Shown piece after piece: positions 1-14,100 of a DNA stretch of 64,000 nucleotides. The stretch is from Tubiluchus corallicola. Lineage: Eukaryota > Animalia > Priapulida. The notes beneath the pieces are model-generated. The model was given only the letters and a program-made list of their open reading frames with translations. It was not told the origin of the DNA and ran no database searches. The stretch covers positions 186,001-250,000 of the forward strand of contig JAQGDQ010000200.1 of the NCBI GenBank assembly GCA_030141605.1, given 5' to 3'. The position numbers and the translations under genes were made by a program. Positions within the stretch are counted from its first letter, which is position 1. Every line of letters begins with the position of its first letter.

Positions 1-217
1 ACAAGCACTAATTCAGCAAACTATGAACCCGCCCTTTGCTTGCTCTCATTCTCGAATAATGGGGTCTTAGCCTTAAGCAGAATCATGTTTTCATTGTTAT
101 CCAACTTTTTCGCATTTACTGTTTTTCATGTTTGATTTCAAAGTTCAATTAATTATGGGTGTGAACCATAAACAGTTTGATATTGTTTCTGAGAATAACA
201 CAGTGCTTCATCAATAC

Positions 218-3200
218 CTGTAGTTGAATAATGCATCTGATTCCTGGTCTGTAATACCTTGAAATTCTGTAAAGCCGTGATTGGAAAGTTTCTTCAACAC
301 TGGTGGGATGAAATACAGGTCTAGTCCTATCTTCTGTTTAAGATTATCCTTGTCAGTAGATCTACAAAAATTACATTGCTTGGACTAGAAAACAATTATA
401 AACATATTTTATACATTTCAGACATTTGGGTTCTTTATTTCTTTACAAAGTGCAAGCAGTTGAATTCTCTAGCTTTCGGATATGCAACAACTTATTTAAG
501 TAAATATCGAACTTGATAAATAAAAGATGTGTCTGAAAAATGTTTTGCTTCAAAAATAGGCTAAATTTCCACAAAATGACATCCAATCAATTATTGATGA
601 AAAGCACACGGAATAATTTTTCTAAAGAAATATAAAAAGCAGAATTCTTTTTTATTTAAAACAGCAAATTTCAGAAAAATTCTGTCTGTTATGAAAATAC
701 AAATACAGTTACGAAAAACCGCAAAAATAAAAAAAATTTTTGTGTAGAAAACATGTATTCATTGTTATTCTGTTAAATTTGTATGCCTTTTGACATGTAG
801 TCCAAATGTGATTATTACTTAGGAGGAGGCATTCCTTGGACTAGTTTGACACCTGGTTGTTTTATGGCCACTTTATTTGGACTTTTGTAGGGTTCGCTCG
901 CTTTTAGCAGATTCGTATCCTCATCTTTGCAGTCTAATAATATCTGCCTCAAAATCCAAAACTCAGCTTTCTCGCGTTCAAAGTAAAAGCCAATTGTAGT
1001 TTTGAAAATGCCAACAGTTTTTGGAAAGCACTTGACACCCACTGTGCACTTTGTACCTGTAACGAAAATAGCACTAGATGACAGAGATAAACTTCAGTGA
1101 AAGCGGAACTAGATTAATACTGTATTCAATAAAAACACACAAAAACAGACTAAAAATAGGCATTACCCCAAATGCCAGAGCAGCTGCAGAAGACAGTCTA
1201 CAAACTGAACTTATGATATCATTTAGACCGCCTACAAACTGAACTTATTATGTCACTTAGACTGTCTACAAACTGAATTTATTATATCACTATTATATAG
1301 TCCGAATGAGAGTATTCATAAAAATAAACATAGAAATTATCAGTCAGTAATGTAAATGGATTTTATAGCGAAATCTTGGACGATTGGTCTCGATTACAGA
1401 TAAACTTCCTGATGCACAAACAAACTTCACTTCCAAAAAAATCATAGATAGCATAAATTAATTAAAATTATGAAGCAATTAGCAAATAAAATGGCAAATC
1501 TTTTCGAATAACTAAGTTGCTGTTTGTTAACTTGATCTAGTAGGATTAGCAGTATTTTTTATAAAATTTCATGTTCTCTTTATGTAAAATTATGCAAGGC
1601 CAAACTAGGCTAAGCTTGATGCTTCAGAAGCATTTTTTTTCTGGACCTCAAAGCAGGCGAGGAGCTAAAAAACACGGGCATGGTTTTTTCACATAAATAT
1701 ATTTGATGAAATGACTCTTGAAACTAACTAAACAAATTTCAACACTACATCTGTGAAGCTCAGAATCATTAGCAGACAGTCGCAAAACTGAAATGAAGAC
1801 AAGAACCATGTTGGCATTCAGCATTTACATTAAGGTATTTAGCAAATTTTATAAACCAGTAATGTAAACTTACGTGGTGCAATAACTGCCGTTTGTTCTG
1901 CAATTGAAATTTCGTCACATTTTTCTAACAATCCACAACCCAACAAAATCACCTGAAACAGAGAAAAGAAATAAGAACGCTTTCGTAACTCATCAAAGCA
2001 ATCATAAATGAAAAACTTTAACAAGCCTCTACAAACTGCATTATTGCTAAATTTATAAGTGCCAGCAATCGGTTTATTTTTTCGGTATCAAAATTTGTCC
2101 AGTGCACAACACAATAGTTAGAAAATTCAGATTAAAATAATCATATAAACTTCACTCTCCTATAAATTTATGTGCTTTTACGTTCCAGCAGATGGTTGAC
2201 TACAGCTGGTTAAATGGTACAGCTGTAAATTCAGTTTTGGTACTTAGCAAGGTAACAGGATGTACAGTGACATTTTAAGACTCTTAGCTTTAAAAGCCTT
2301 CTACCTTTTGATTAGCATCAGTATTAATAATATCTAGGGCTATGGTAAGTGTACTGCCTGTCTCCACAACGATCTTCATACTGCCTTTCTGATCAGGAAG
2401 ATCATACTTGGATGTTATAGACACACCACTCTTGTCCAAAAACCATTCCGGTCTACAATACAGATAAAGAATATCTCTTAATTCATCATGCCATTTGCAA
2501 ATGAGAACTGTGGTCCTGCAGTAAGTATGGTATATCAAATTCTGGGATCGCTTCTTAAGTCAATAGATGCAGGAAGATAAAACAGAATCTACAATTTGTA
2601 AACACTATTGTAGAATTATGTATATATGGTCAGACACTAACAATTTATAATAATTTAAGTCTTAGTCATCACAGTGGAACTAGAACATAAGTGCTTTAGT
2701 GAAATAATTTTAATATTCTTGTCTTTTGTTATGTTCTGGATTAGTGTTTTTTCACCCACAGTTTCCAAATCAATAATTTTGCATTAGATTTTATCATACC
2801 TTCTATAACTTCTATCTATAGATATTTTATAAGCACCAGTTTGTCCCTATAATGTTGGCAAATAAGAATAAAGTGCAAAGTTCACATTTACTTAGAAAGT
2901 CTGCAATCAATATCCTAATATGAACATTAGATAACATGTCACAAAAGTTTACCTAGTGTGAAGAAATGCACAAATATAAAACACTAAGAGAGAATAATTT
3001 ACACCAGTCTAGGCAAATGCAAGCTTAAAAATTACCGATCAGTTTTAATGGTAGCTAAAATTTCTCCTTTCTTGTGTTCAGTAGACTGGCAGTGTTCTAT
3101 GAGATCTTCAAGGGGAATTTCACACTTGCAGACCTTACAAGGGTACATCCCTTCTGATGATAAAGGAATCTCCTGCTTCATACTGTCATCTACTAATTCT

Positions 3201-6200
3201 GATGTATCCTGAAACAAGAGTTCTTTCATTAAATCAACTTCAAAATTTTAACAAATTTGTGGAAAAGCCCCATTACATTACGGAATAGCAACAAAAAATA
3301 ACCAGATCTCTTTAAGTGAACAAAACAAACTCAAATTTTATTGGCCGGTGTTACAACCAAACTTAACATTTATTCAGGACAGGGAAAAGATAGTTAACCC
3401 TGAGCAACAGCATAGAGTAAATACAAGAGAAACCACCAGGCTGGTGAAAATGACTAAACTTTAAACACTACATTAAGGTGACACCACAGTAGATGCTCTA
3501 CCTTGGAGTTGTAAATAAAATTATAAAACACAATTTACAAAACTTTGTAAGGTCATGAAATTAAACTTGTGACTTAGTTCACGACAAAAATTAATAAAAT
3601 TAGACGTATTTGTAAATTTTATTTACCTTGTTACACTTAACAAACACAAACTTTATTAATAAAATAGTGGTTAGTTTCTTTGCAATTTAAAAACTTAAAA
3701 TAAGCATATCAATTACACAGTTTAGACGTGTCAAGAATAATACACTTATTCCCCGTTTTGCTATAGTCTAGTTGGCAACACCACATGAAAACGAAATTTA
3801 TGCATCAAAACTTGGAAGACCTCATTGTAAGGAATATAGAGAAAACCCGGTCGCTTTTGCTGAATATACACCCTTGCTGCCATCTGTAAAGTGACCTTTC
3901 TCTATATTCTTTGTAAGGAGATTTTACAAGTTGTGACACAAATTTTGTTTTCAACCAATAATGCCAACTAGAAAATCCAGGGATAGGCGTATTGTTCTTC
4001 ATATGCTTAAATTTTCAAAGTTTTTCAATTGAAAATGAAAGAAAATTTACACTGTTTTATTAATAACCTCTGTGTTAAGCTTCTTACTGAAGCATAAAAG
4101 AAATGCAAACAAAATTGAAAAATATGTATAACTTATTATTATTTCATAGCTTCAAGAAATCAATTTTGCAAAACTACTTGCAAGCTATACATCAGTACAG
4201 GCTGTAATATATTGTGTGGGGCAGAGAAATATCCCAAAGCACAGACTGCAATAATATTAAAAGCAAGTACCCCTACAAAGCTGAAATTTAGCTGTGAAAG
4301 TTACAAGTTTATAGCTCTAGTGGTTTCAAGTTGTGGTTAGAAAAGCTTTTGCATGTTTAAAAAATTAAATACCGGAAAAATGTCAGCCACAATCATCATC
4401 TGAAAAACAGCCATGGTGACGTACAAAGCACTCAATACATGGCAGCAAAACAATAAAGAAATCAACCAGGTTTATATCACGGTTTTTACCACAGAAATTA
4501 AAGCACAGGTAAAGATTTATTGACAAAATTAAAACCTAATTATGGCATCCGGAAAATGTACAGTGGGAGCTGCACAAAACGTTTGATGCAAAAGAACTTA
4601 AAGGCAAAAATTGTTGAGTGCTGGGACCAAATGCCCTATAAGAAATGAAAAACTGCCAGCTATTGGAAGCAATGCCTAAATCTGGTTTTGCAGTCAAAAT
4701 GGTGGACACATAGAGCACTTGTGTATATTTTAACATAGTGACACAAATTTTTTTCTGGCATTGTTTTTGACTTGTTAATTTAAACTTTTATATCTTTGGA
4801 CAAGTCTAAGGGAATGACTTAAATCATTTGGTGTTTATAGGCCTACATAAATGTCTGTAATATCTATGTGATAATTTTCAAGTGATTCCTTTATTTTTTA
4901 CTAGTAACATTGTGATCAAAACTTCTGCACATTTTTTCCACTGAAGCATATGGATATGAGCAAAAGAAAGAAAAGTATGACTCAAATTTGCAGCAGTTGA
5001 CAAGTTTGCAAACACAACCAAAAAATAGACGCCACTACTGTAAATTGGAATTCTAAAAGCAAGCAACCAGTGTATTGAATCAGTTAGAATATTTAAATTT
5101 TGACTACACCTAACAATTAACTTGTGTTTAATGTATCCCGACATACCGTGGATAAACATTTGCCAATAACATATGAAAAAGTCTCCAAAATTCACTTAGT
5201 AAACACGAACAACTGTAAGCTTTCTTTCCTTAAATACAGTGCTTTCTGTAATTCCAAAATGATATTCCAATTTTTTGTCACAAACACAATGAAAGAATGC
5301 ACACTGACAAAGACAAACTAAAATTTTACATTCTTTACTATTCTTTTTTGGAATGCAAGTACTCAGTTCTTCAATGTTTCTTATAGGGCATTCAGAATAA
5401 AGCGTATTTTCGGAGCGGAGGGCATTCACTCCGAGAGTTTTCGCTGAGTGAGTTTTGTCACCAGTTTTGTTGAATGTCAGCTGGCGCTTAGTCGGAGAGA
5501 ATTCTCAGCAACTCTCGTAGTTCGCAAAAACTTCAGAAAGAAAAATCTCGAGAAAAACCTCTATAGACTGAACGTGCCGCTACAAATACACAACTTATAA
5601 AACTTCTAGAACAAGACCAAGGATTTCTTTTGCTGAGATTTATAGTCCAAGCAGATGAGTAACAGAAATGCTCACTAATAAGAAGCAATTAAAAACCGTT
5701 TTAAGGTTATCCCTTTCCTGGGTAAATAACTCGGTAAAACAGAGATTTTGAACGGTTGCTTCTGCAACAATTATTTTCAGAAAATACTTCAGAAAAATTT
5801 AGCAAATGTATATAATTATACTGCTGGTAAATGTTGATTGATAAGTAAATATATTAAACCAAAGAGATTTTGTTTGATGTTGCAAAAATGTCTGCCTTTG
5901 TACTATTAATTAGATGCTCTTCGAACTTTCACACGACAGGAAGATGGTAAGTAGTTCTAATCTTCAAAAAATGAGTCATACAAACATAGTGCTTCCATTT
6001 GTTTGATTAGTTTAACTTCAGCTGTAAACAAAATTCTTGAAGAACATGTACATCATAAATGAAGTTGCTAGTCACACGTTATTAGGCGCCAATGCGACAA
6101 GCATTCAGCAGTGGTGCACGATTCAAATGAGAAAGCAGACTGGAATGCAAAGGCGGTACTGTGGAGTCATAATATTTGAGCAACACTAGGCAAAATAAAT

Positions 6201-9200
6201 TAAACTCTCAAGCACATACGTGCTTTAGCAGACGTGTACTTACCCTTTCTTTCTCAAAATCCAGCTTCTTCTTACGATTTGAGTGTCTCAGAACAAAGTG
6301 CTGATCAACTGTTACTTTCCTTGGTGTAGGCGTCTTCTTCGATTTGGGGCTTTTAGTCGGCTGACTGCCCGTAAAATTTGCAGCCATTTTGGTTGCTTTT
6401 TTCTTTGGACTTTTCTTCGAAGAAGAATCGGACTTTACTGGTGACATTGGCTCTTGCTTAACAGTAACATCTGTAAACGGCAATGACTGTTTTCCGAGTT
6501 TTACTTTTACGGTGCCCTTCTGAACATTGATATCAGAAATAATGTCGTCCACTGTAAGAAACTTTATGGTCTGAGAAAATGACACCCACGGGTGACTCTT
6601 TGAAAAAGTGCTTTTGAAGTCATTCTTGTAAAGGTCTTCTAGTTGTTTGGTATGCACAATGATACTGTCAAAACCTTAAAATACGAAACATCATAAAACT
6701 TAATATAAAGGGTTAAAGGCCAGTAAAAAATAAGGTTTGCAATCTTGAATTTTATCAGTTAACAGTTGCCAAAATACTGATTACTATATACTGCATAATT
6801 ACATGTCTGTACGTGTAATAGGTTAATTTTTCAAACATTAATAATAAATTTGGCATCTATAACAACGCACATAAATATAATTGATGTATTCACGGCTATG
6901 GCATTTCAGCTTCACTTTATGGTAAACCGTGTGAAGTAATTCTGGACTAATTAGTATTTGGATACTAAAATAATTTTTTTGTTAATTTGCAACACAAATA
7001 TCTGAATGGTTTTTCTTTTGAATAAAATTTATACTGAAGTCAATCAAACTCACTAAACTGTATATTCTTTGCAGCCGCAGTTAGAGCAGTAAAATCCTGT
7101 GCACAATTTTATAATCGCAGAGATTACCTAATTTTAAGCACTGAAAGTTTTTATTACCATTGTAAAAATCAAAGCACTTTGAAAGTTTCAAACACTGCTG
7201 CATGCCACGGTTTCGAATTTCACTGTGTAGCAAAATGTTGCGGCACATTTGAAAATTAATTATGTTCTAATCAAGATTAATCACTGACTGGAGGTCACTA
7301 GCTATGGTACCACAAACGTTTGCTAGTTACATTTCTAGTCAATGAAAAGATGCTCCGATTAATAATTCCCACATAAAAAATCTAAAACTAGTAAACTTGG
7401 TGGCATTATAACCAGTAGCCACCGGTGTAAAGTTATGCAACTTTCTGTATTAATATGCTGCTGATTTCCAAATGTTGCCCCTCTTCAAAAATTTGAATTT
7501 CGTCATCCTTTCAATTTTTATTTAAGAAGCCCAGGGCTCCTGCTCCAACCTTTTGCTTTTGCTCTCTTTTTTACCACTTTTACACATGGATTTTTTGTAT
7601 TCAATACTGCTGCTCTGTTTCATAGTAAACGTTATACTTAGTTATTATAATTTCAGCCGTAATCTCATTTTTTCTGCTCCACTAAGATTTTCCTCCCCAC
7701 TTTTTTATCATCCGAATTAATTAGGAAGTATGAAAATCATCATTAAAAGTCTGTGTTTGTCCCTATCCTTGAGCATTTTCCCGTCTCTCATCACCACATC
7801 CAAATACGAAGCTGTTTTTTTCATTCTAAAATTGTCATTAAGGCTTTTCCTAAAAGTTTTCTGTTTTTATTAAATTCGTCCAAATTTATTAAATACAGCC
7901 GGAATTACTATTGACTTATCAATGTATGGGTCAATCGAAATCAGATTGTTAATATATATATATAATAGTAATATATAGTAATAGTAATATATAATATATA
8001 TATATATATATATTGTTAATATATATATATTAACAATCTGATTTCGATTGACCCATACAGATGCACTGAAATTCTGAAACTAGATTTCGGACTCGGAACA
8101 AAAACGACTTTGCGACTCGTTTTGTTGTAAAAAAATCAGACTAATTTTGTTTCCACACTTTTTTCTTGAGACATCTGGTTTCGGTTGAGCATAAAAAACT
8201 TAATGCAAAACTTCGGTTGTCATTTTCGTCCGATGCCCACCGCCAGTAATCCAATACAACAAGCCTAGCAAAACCGACTGACAATTTTTCACGCATTGTC
8301 TGCATGTGTATTCTGGTAACTTCATAAAGTTACCATTTGGGGTGGTGTGCCCAGATGCCTTGAAGTCGTTCATTTGTCATTCTCTGTTACACGCAAGGTA
8401 AACGATTTACATAAAAAAAATTCGAAATGGCTAAAGTAACCTTTTTGTGACTTGATTTTTCCAGTAGTTTGGTAAAAAATAAAAATATCAAAAAAATTCA
8501 GCAAATGTTCAGTACAAGTTAATAAAACTTTTTGAAATTTGTTTTAACTTTGGTCTGGAAAAAAATTTGTGCATAAATTCGATTTGGTAAAAAGTTAGTA
8601 CCTTTCTGATTCGGTAAAATTGGGTTTCAGTACATCTACAATGACCTATATACCATATTTTTTCTTTTCCTACATTTGAATTATCAAAAGGAAAATACGA
8701 GACTAATGTATTGATGTAAAGCAAGTCTCCACCCCAAAACAGATTCAGCATCAGACCTTCACATGAAAGCATGCTTCAAAGTACACTCATGCGCAAACAA
8801 ACTTAAATATTGTAGTCATAAAGACAAATCGTTAAAATTCGTTTTAAACTGTTTCATTCGATAATCACATTCATTGCTTGCCATGAGTTGGCTGACTCTC
8901 ATCATTTGCGACACAGCTGTTTCCCGCGAGAAGGCAAAAGATGGGAAGTAGTTCTGCTAGGACTCAGGTTACCAGGGTGAATCTAGAAATCTTTTCTGTA
9001 GGAAAGGGGACAGGCAGCTGGAGAAATATGCCTGGTCCCCATAAAAATTTGCCTGCTTAGAGAATCTTATACAAAGCATTTTGATAACACTTCACAAATT
9101 AGCTGGCAACTAACAGCATCATTAATTAATTGGATTACGACTGTGATTGTCAGAAAGTTTATAAACCATAGAGGTTAGTTTTCAAGAAAAGTTCAGGCTT

Positions 9201-11145
9201 GCTTTGTCATGTTAAACTAGTAGCTCAGGTGGAGCTTTTAACAAACAAAAATCAATCTCCTTGCTGAATTTCGCATTAAAAAATATAAAAATACTAAATG
9301 CATACATTTTAAATAAATATATTTGTATTCTCTCTGTTTTCTTGAAACTGTATTTTTGACTTTTAAAATAGTTCGTATGGTATGCAAGTGAAGCAGTTCT
9401 AATCCAGTAAGTGCACAGCGAGAATGACATTAACATGGCGGTGCTTTGGTAGTAACATGCAAGTGATAACTTTTTTGATTTTGCAAATGTGTAGCTGGTT
9501 CTCTGACAACCAGATTAATTTAAAAAAACTAAACTACGCTGTAAACATACAATTTTGGGTACCACTAACTACCGACATCAACTTGGAAAAGATACAAGGT
9601 TTCATTAATACGGAAACGTAGTAAACATGGCAAGCTAAGCGTACAGGCAGATTTACTGGAATTTCTGAGAAGATCGGGGTTACCATACTGGCAGTTGACT
9701 CAGTGGCGTAGAGAGGGTTTGACCTCCTCGTGTGGTAGCCAAATTGACCGCCCTCTTCCTTAAACGTAACACATCTTGAACAGCAACAAACACACAAATA
9801 ACAGGAACTTACAGCATTTTCCCAGACCTCCTAGTTGTTTCTTGCCATCTATTTGCCATAAAACCCCTTACAAATACACTTCGAGCACTGCCAGTATCCC
9901 GCCCGCCCATTACGCCATGGGACAGCTGTATTGTGTGTTAATATATAAACACATCCACATTGTTTCTACTTGCAAACACTGGAATTTTCTACAAATCTTA
10001 GACATCCAGATATGTGGCAGATGTATTTAAGTTTCATCGTTCTTAGATGGAGTTCAACAGGCAAGATAGTAGATGCAAGGTGATGCATGTAGGTAATCAG
10101 ACCAATCCAGCCCAACACAGTTTTGGCGATGTTGATTTGCCTGACGTGACTGAGGTGGATCTTGGACTGCTAGTAAACAATAAATTAAATTTTCGCAGTC
10201 ACAATTCTAAAAGGATTATAAAGAGTAACAGGGTTCTTGGATTAATTAGTAGAACTATAACTTCAGAAAAGCTGAGATAATTCTCCCACTATACAAAACA
10301 CTTGGTTCATCCTCATCTTGAATATGTTAGTAATAGTATAGGACAGTAATATAATAGTCAGGTATAGGACACTATTTCAAGGACATCCGTGCTCTCAAAC
10401 AAGTAAAAACAAGCAGCGGTCTTAAAGGACCCTCTGTGTGGACTTTCTGCTAGAAGACGTGGGGTGGGAGACTTATTGAAATGTTAAAGATTCTACAAGG
10501 ATTTACTGATGTTAATGCAAACCAGTTTTTTACACTCGATTTACACTACTGTCACTACACTCATTAGAAGCATCACACGTGGGCATAGTTATAAACTGTT
10601 CAAACATAAGTAAACAAGTGAATTTATTAGTTTATTACCATTTTTATAATAGTAAAATACATAACTACGTTATTTATAATTCTGTACAACATAAAATAAT
10701 ATAACAAAGTGTAAAAGTTGATAATTGTGTTGAAGTGTTACTGCTTAATGTGGTGAAAAAGAACTATGAGTTAACGAGGTCAGGCACCTCTCAGAATTCT
10801 TAATAACATAATTAATTAATGCAGTCAATCCCGAAAGGTTACCAGAATCATTAGTGAGAGCAAATTATGCAAATAGTTTCAAACATAAACATGATGTAGA
10901 CTGAACTCCATGCAAAGAACCTCCTATTTTAATATCTGTAGGTTTATTAGGAGAAAATAAACCAACAACGAACCCTAACTGGACAATGCTTTTGACAAGC
11001 TACTCAATGGATGAGTGACTGATGCAAGAGACGGAAATTAGGGTTTACTCACCACGAAGGTGAGATATTTCATTAACAACATACCTCTATATTGACTTTC
11101 TAAAAAGCTCACAAATTCATTACTACAGAAAGGTATATCTGCCAT
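218..11145 (-). CDS. MOV10: MOV10-like (SDE3/Armitage-related SF1) RNA helicase, N-terminal ~424 aa; gene continues off the left edge
   Basis: Phase-consistent GT-AG exons: 11085-11145 (MADIPFCSNEFVSFLESQYR), 6244-6674, 3036-3208, 2305-2452, 1874-1952, 819-1056, 218-361. The spliced protein follows the MOV10 N-terminal layout as I recall it: FxSFL...LYKNDFK; DRPEWFLDKSGVSI; VKCFPKTVGIFKTTIGF...FWILR; GMPP...LDLYFIPPVLKKL. Helicase motifs lie outside the window. Confidence 0.8.
1191..1291. repeat. 34-bp tandem repeat, 3 copies, in a MOV10 intron
   Basis: agac(a/c/t)g(t/c)ctacaaactgaa(c/t)ttat... starts at 1191, 1225 and 1259. Confidence 0.85.
4200..4375. mobile_element. Interspersed non-autonomous repeat (DNA-transposon-like remnant); an inverted copy lies at ~38885-39075
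   Basis: gactgcaataatattaaaagcaagtacccctacaaagctgaaatttagc...aagtttatagctctagtggtttcaagttgtgg is the reverse complement of cgcgacttgaaaactactacagctgtaaacttg...aaatttcaactttgtaggcacttgcttctaacattattgcagtc in annexin intron 6. Confidence 0.6.
7923..8059. repeat. Inverted repeat (~40-bp arms) enclosing an (AT)n-rich spacer
   Basis: tgtatgggtcaatcgaaatcagattgttaatatatatat ... atatatatattaacaatctgatttcgattgacccataca. Confidence 0.9.
10047..10610 (+). mobile_element. Degenerate CR1-type LINE ORF2 C-terminal fragment in MOV10 intron 1
   Basis: Frameshifted peptides CKVMHVG..DLGLLVNNKLNFRSH..KSNRVLGLISRTI, LYKTL..PHLEY, GDLIEMLKILQGFTDV and TRGHSYKLFK are typical of the post-RT region of CR1-like LINEs. 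Confidence 0.8.
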
Positions 11146-14100
11146 TATTCAAAAATGTTCAGTTAGCATATACTTATTAAACTATGAACAAGTAAAAAAC
11201 ATTAAACAACAAATAAAAACGAAAAAAATAAAATCTTTGTAAAGGAAGGTGGCGATTCCCGCCACTAAGTACATAGGTCTTGCATGAGCAATAACGTCTA
11301 TCATTAAAAAACAATGACCAAACTTCGAAACCGTTCATGTCTTACAACGACAACGCCATAAATGGCTGTGAAGCGGTGTGACAACTCAATGGGTGCGAGC
11401 AATTGTCGTTTTGATCATACAGATATGCAATATTATTAATAATAGTGATGTACAAACTTTTATGGGTGTGATCAAAGTATGTATACCAAGCACACTAAAC
11501 GCAAAAGCAATGATTATTACACTGAGTTATACTAATAGTGTAATCATAATTTTGTTTGTAATAGTTATTTCACCATCGTTTCCTTTGGGTACGATATACC
11601 AATTAATATAAAGCTTTTTGATTTTCACAAGCATGATGCTATAATACAATAACATCGAAGCATGAGTGTTGACAAAAATGTACCGAGCTAAAACTTTAAT
11701 CCAGGTGATTTAACTATACAGGGCATGGGCAACATAAACACGAGTTTACCTACCAAAGGCAAGGCAATTAGAGTGCAGTTGTTAAGTTTTTGTTTCATAG
11801 TCTTTCTGTCAATTTTATTTCGGGAAGTCAATATGAATAATCGATTTCTTACTACAAGACCTGAAAGCAATTAATAATCATTATGATAATAAAAAATGAA
11901 CTTTTCACTACACTTTATTTAATAAATAGACCGTCATTTTATTATTTGGTTGTTACATTCAGCGACTCCAATAGTGAATACAACTTACTAATCAGAATGA
12001 ATAATGTTAAATAACTACAATAGTGTTACAAGAGTTAGATGTTTCAAGACATTCAAATAAATTATAAGAAAACAAATTTTATTAAAGCTTTAAGTGCAAA
12101 AGGTTAAAAAAACAATGTTAAAAAACTTTTTCAACATTTTGTAACATAAATTTTTAATAAAAAGTTGGTTTCTTTTTATAATGCTGTGAGTGCCTGTGTA
12201 AACTGACTTACAATAAATTAATATAATTCCACACATTCCTAAACAAAGAAGAACAAAAAGATAACAAACACACCGAGATTCCACACTGAGGTTCCAAACA
12301 AAGAAACCATACATCCAGAACTAGCCCAAGAAGTTTAGAAATAACTTACTTAATACATGATAATACATACAGCAATAATTAACAGTGATCCATCAACCTT
12401 ATTTAAATGCATTTTCAAATATGTTCGATTACAGCCCAATGACTGTGGTCTAGCTTTACTAATGGAAATTAACAAGTGATTAATGGAAAATCGACAATTT
12501 AAACAACTACAAAAACTTAGTTTGCTCCAATAACACCTGATACTGCAGGCAAAAAGGATTAGAAGAACAGTTTACAACTAATCCACTACTTATTATTAAT
12601 TTATATGCTTTTGTTGCAGGTTGTCGTATATCCATTTTCTTTTTTATGTATATCAAGTTTTAGCTTAATTTTGTGTTCTACAACTGTGGTGAGGGGGGGG
12701 GGGGGCAGGCTTCAGTGACTTTTGCCCATGTAATGCCCGCCAAAAGCAAAACCTGCACTCTTGAAACCATTTAGTGACTATTATGTGCAAAAACCCAAGT
12801 TCTATGGAATGTATTTGGCAGGTGAACTATAGTTACAGATATGTTTGTCAACATATCTAAACACAATTCAGTACTGCACAAAAATAAACCATATAGCAAA
12901 TTTAGAAAAGTCATTCTGGCAGTTTACAAACTGAAAATTAAAGAATTATTAAAGAAATAACACTTAATATACAGTTTAAGACAATCAAAAATTGCTAATA
13001 ACTTCTTGATCCCAAGGGACACAACAAATATTACACTATAATGACAATACATCTAGAGTAACAATCTGGAAATAACACTTAAAAGAAAAACTGTCCGAAT
13101 CTTGAACTACAGCTTAATACAATCTAGCCTATAAAATAATGAAAAGGAACAAATTATTTTTTAAAGAATGGCTTACGTGGAAGAATTATTATTACAGAAA
13201 CCTGATCTTACATTCAGCTATAACGTCATCACCAGCTGGGCTCTAGCGCCATTAATAAAGCTTTTAGCCTATTATTAAATTATCAGAAACACTGGGCATT
13301 ATTATAGGTTTTAAAATGTATACTATTTACTGTACTTCGAAATGAGGTAGAATACGAAATCATGCTGTTTTTCTTTAAACTTTGCTTCTCATGATTCATA
13401 CATTTTTTGTCAATCTCAGAAAATTGTTTAAAAATTTCCGATTTAGCTAAACGAGTAGAAACAGAAATAGATCAAACACTATAAAAAGCAATATTAAAAT
13501 TACACAACCTCTTACGTTGTAAACATACTTTTCAACTTGGTAACGCTTTTGTATGATGTAACATTAATTGTAAAATGCAGATATCTTCACAAAAAATACT
13601 GTCATGAAAATATAATAAAAACACAGCTTGGATGCTAACTGTGGAAATACTAATAGGATTTAGTAATTGTACAAAAAATAAGTTAAGCTTATTTTTAAGT
13701 TTACAAAAGCTAAAATAAAAGCTCTTCTTTACCTTTCATTTTCAAGGAAAAGAATTACCAAAATTCCATAGAATGTATATGAAAAATTATTATATGATGT
13801 ACAGAGGGAAGGCGTGTCCTACTAACAAACTCACAGTAAGCAGACAAGTGAAGTGACATGCACTTTGCATACAGATTATTTAGATAAGCGAAATTAGTAA
13901 GACTAAAACTTGACCACACTGATATTTAATCCACAAAAGTTGCTAAAAGGTGTGTGTTCTAAATGAATGTGTTACTGCTTTGAGCTGTTCTTGCTTGTGT
14001 GAAATTCAGGAGAAGTTTTTGCAGATGATTTCAGAAGTATTCAAAGAAACTTGCACTAAAGCTTATGATGAGACAAGTCCAGGAAAGCCTGTCTAGCAAT

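Noticed and set aside
9620-9780. GC-richer open stretch in MOV10 intron 1 as an extra exon
   Set aside because: Exons 11085-11145 and 6244-6674 join in phase and give a continuous MOV10-like N-terminus without it.
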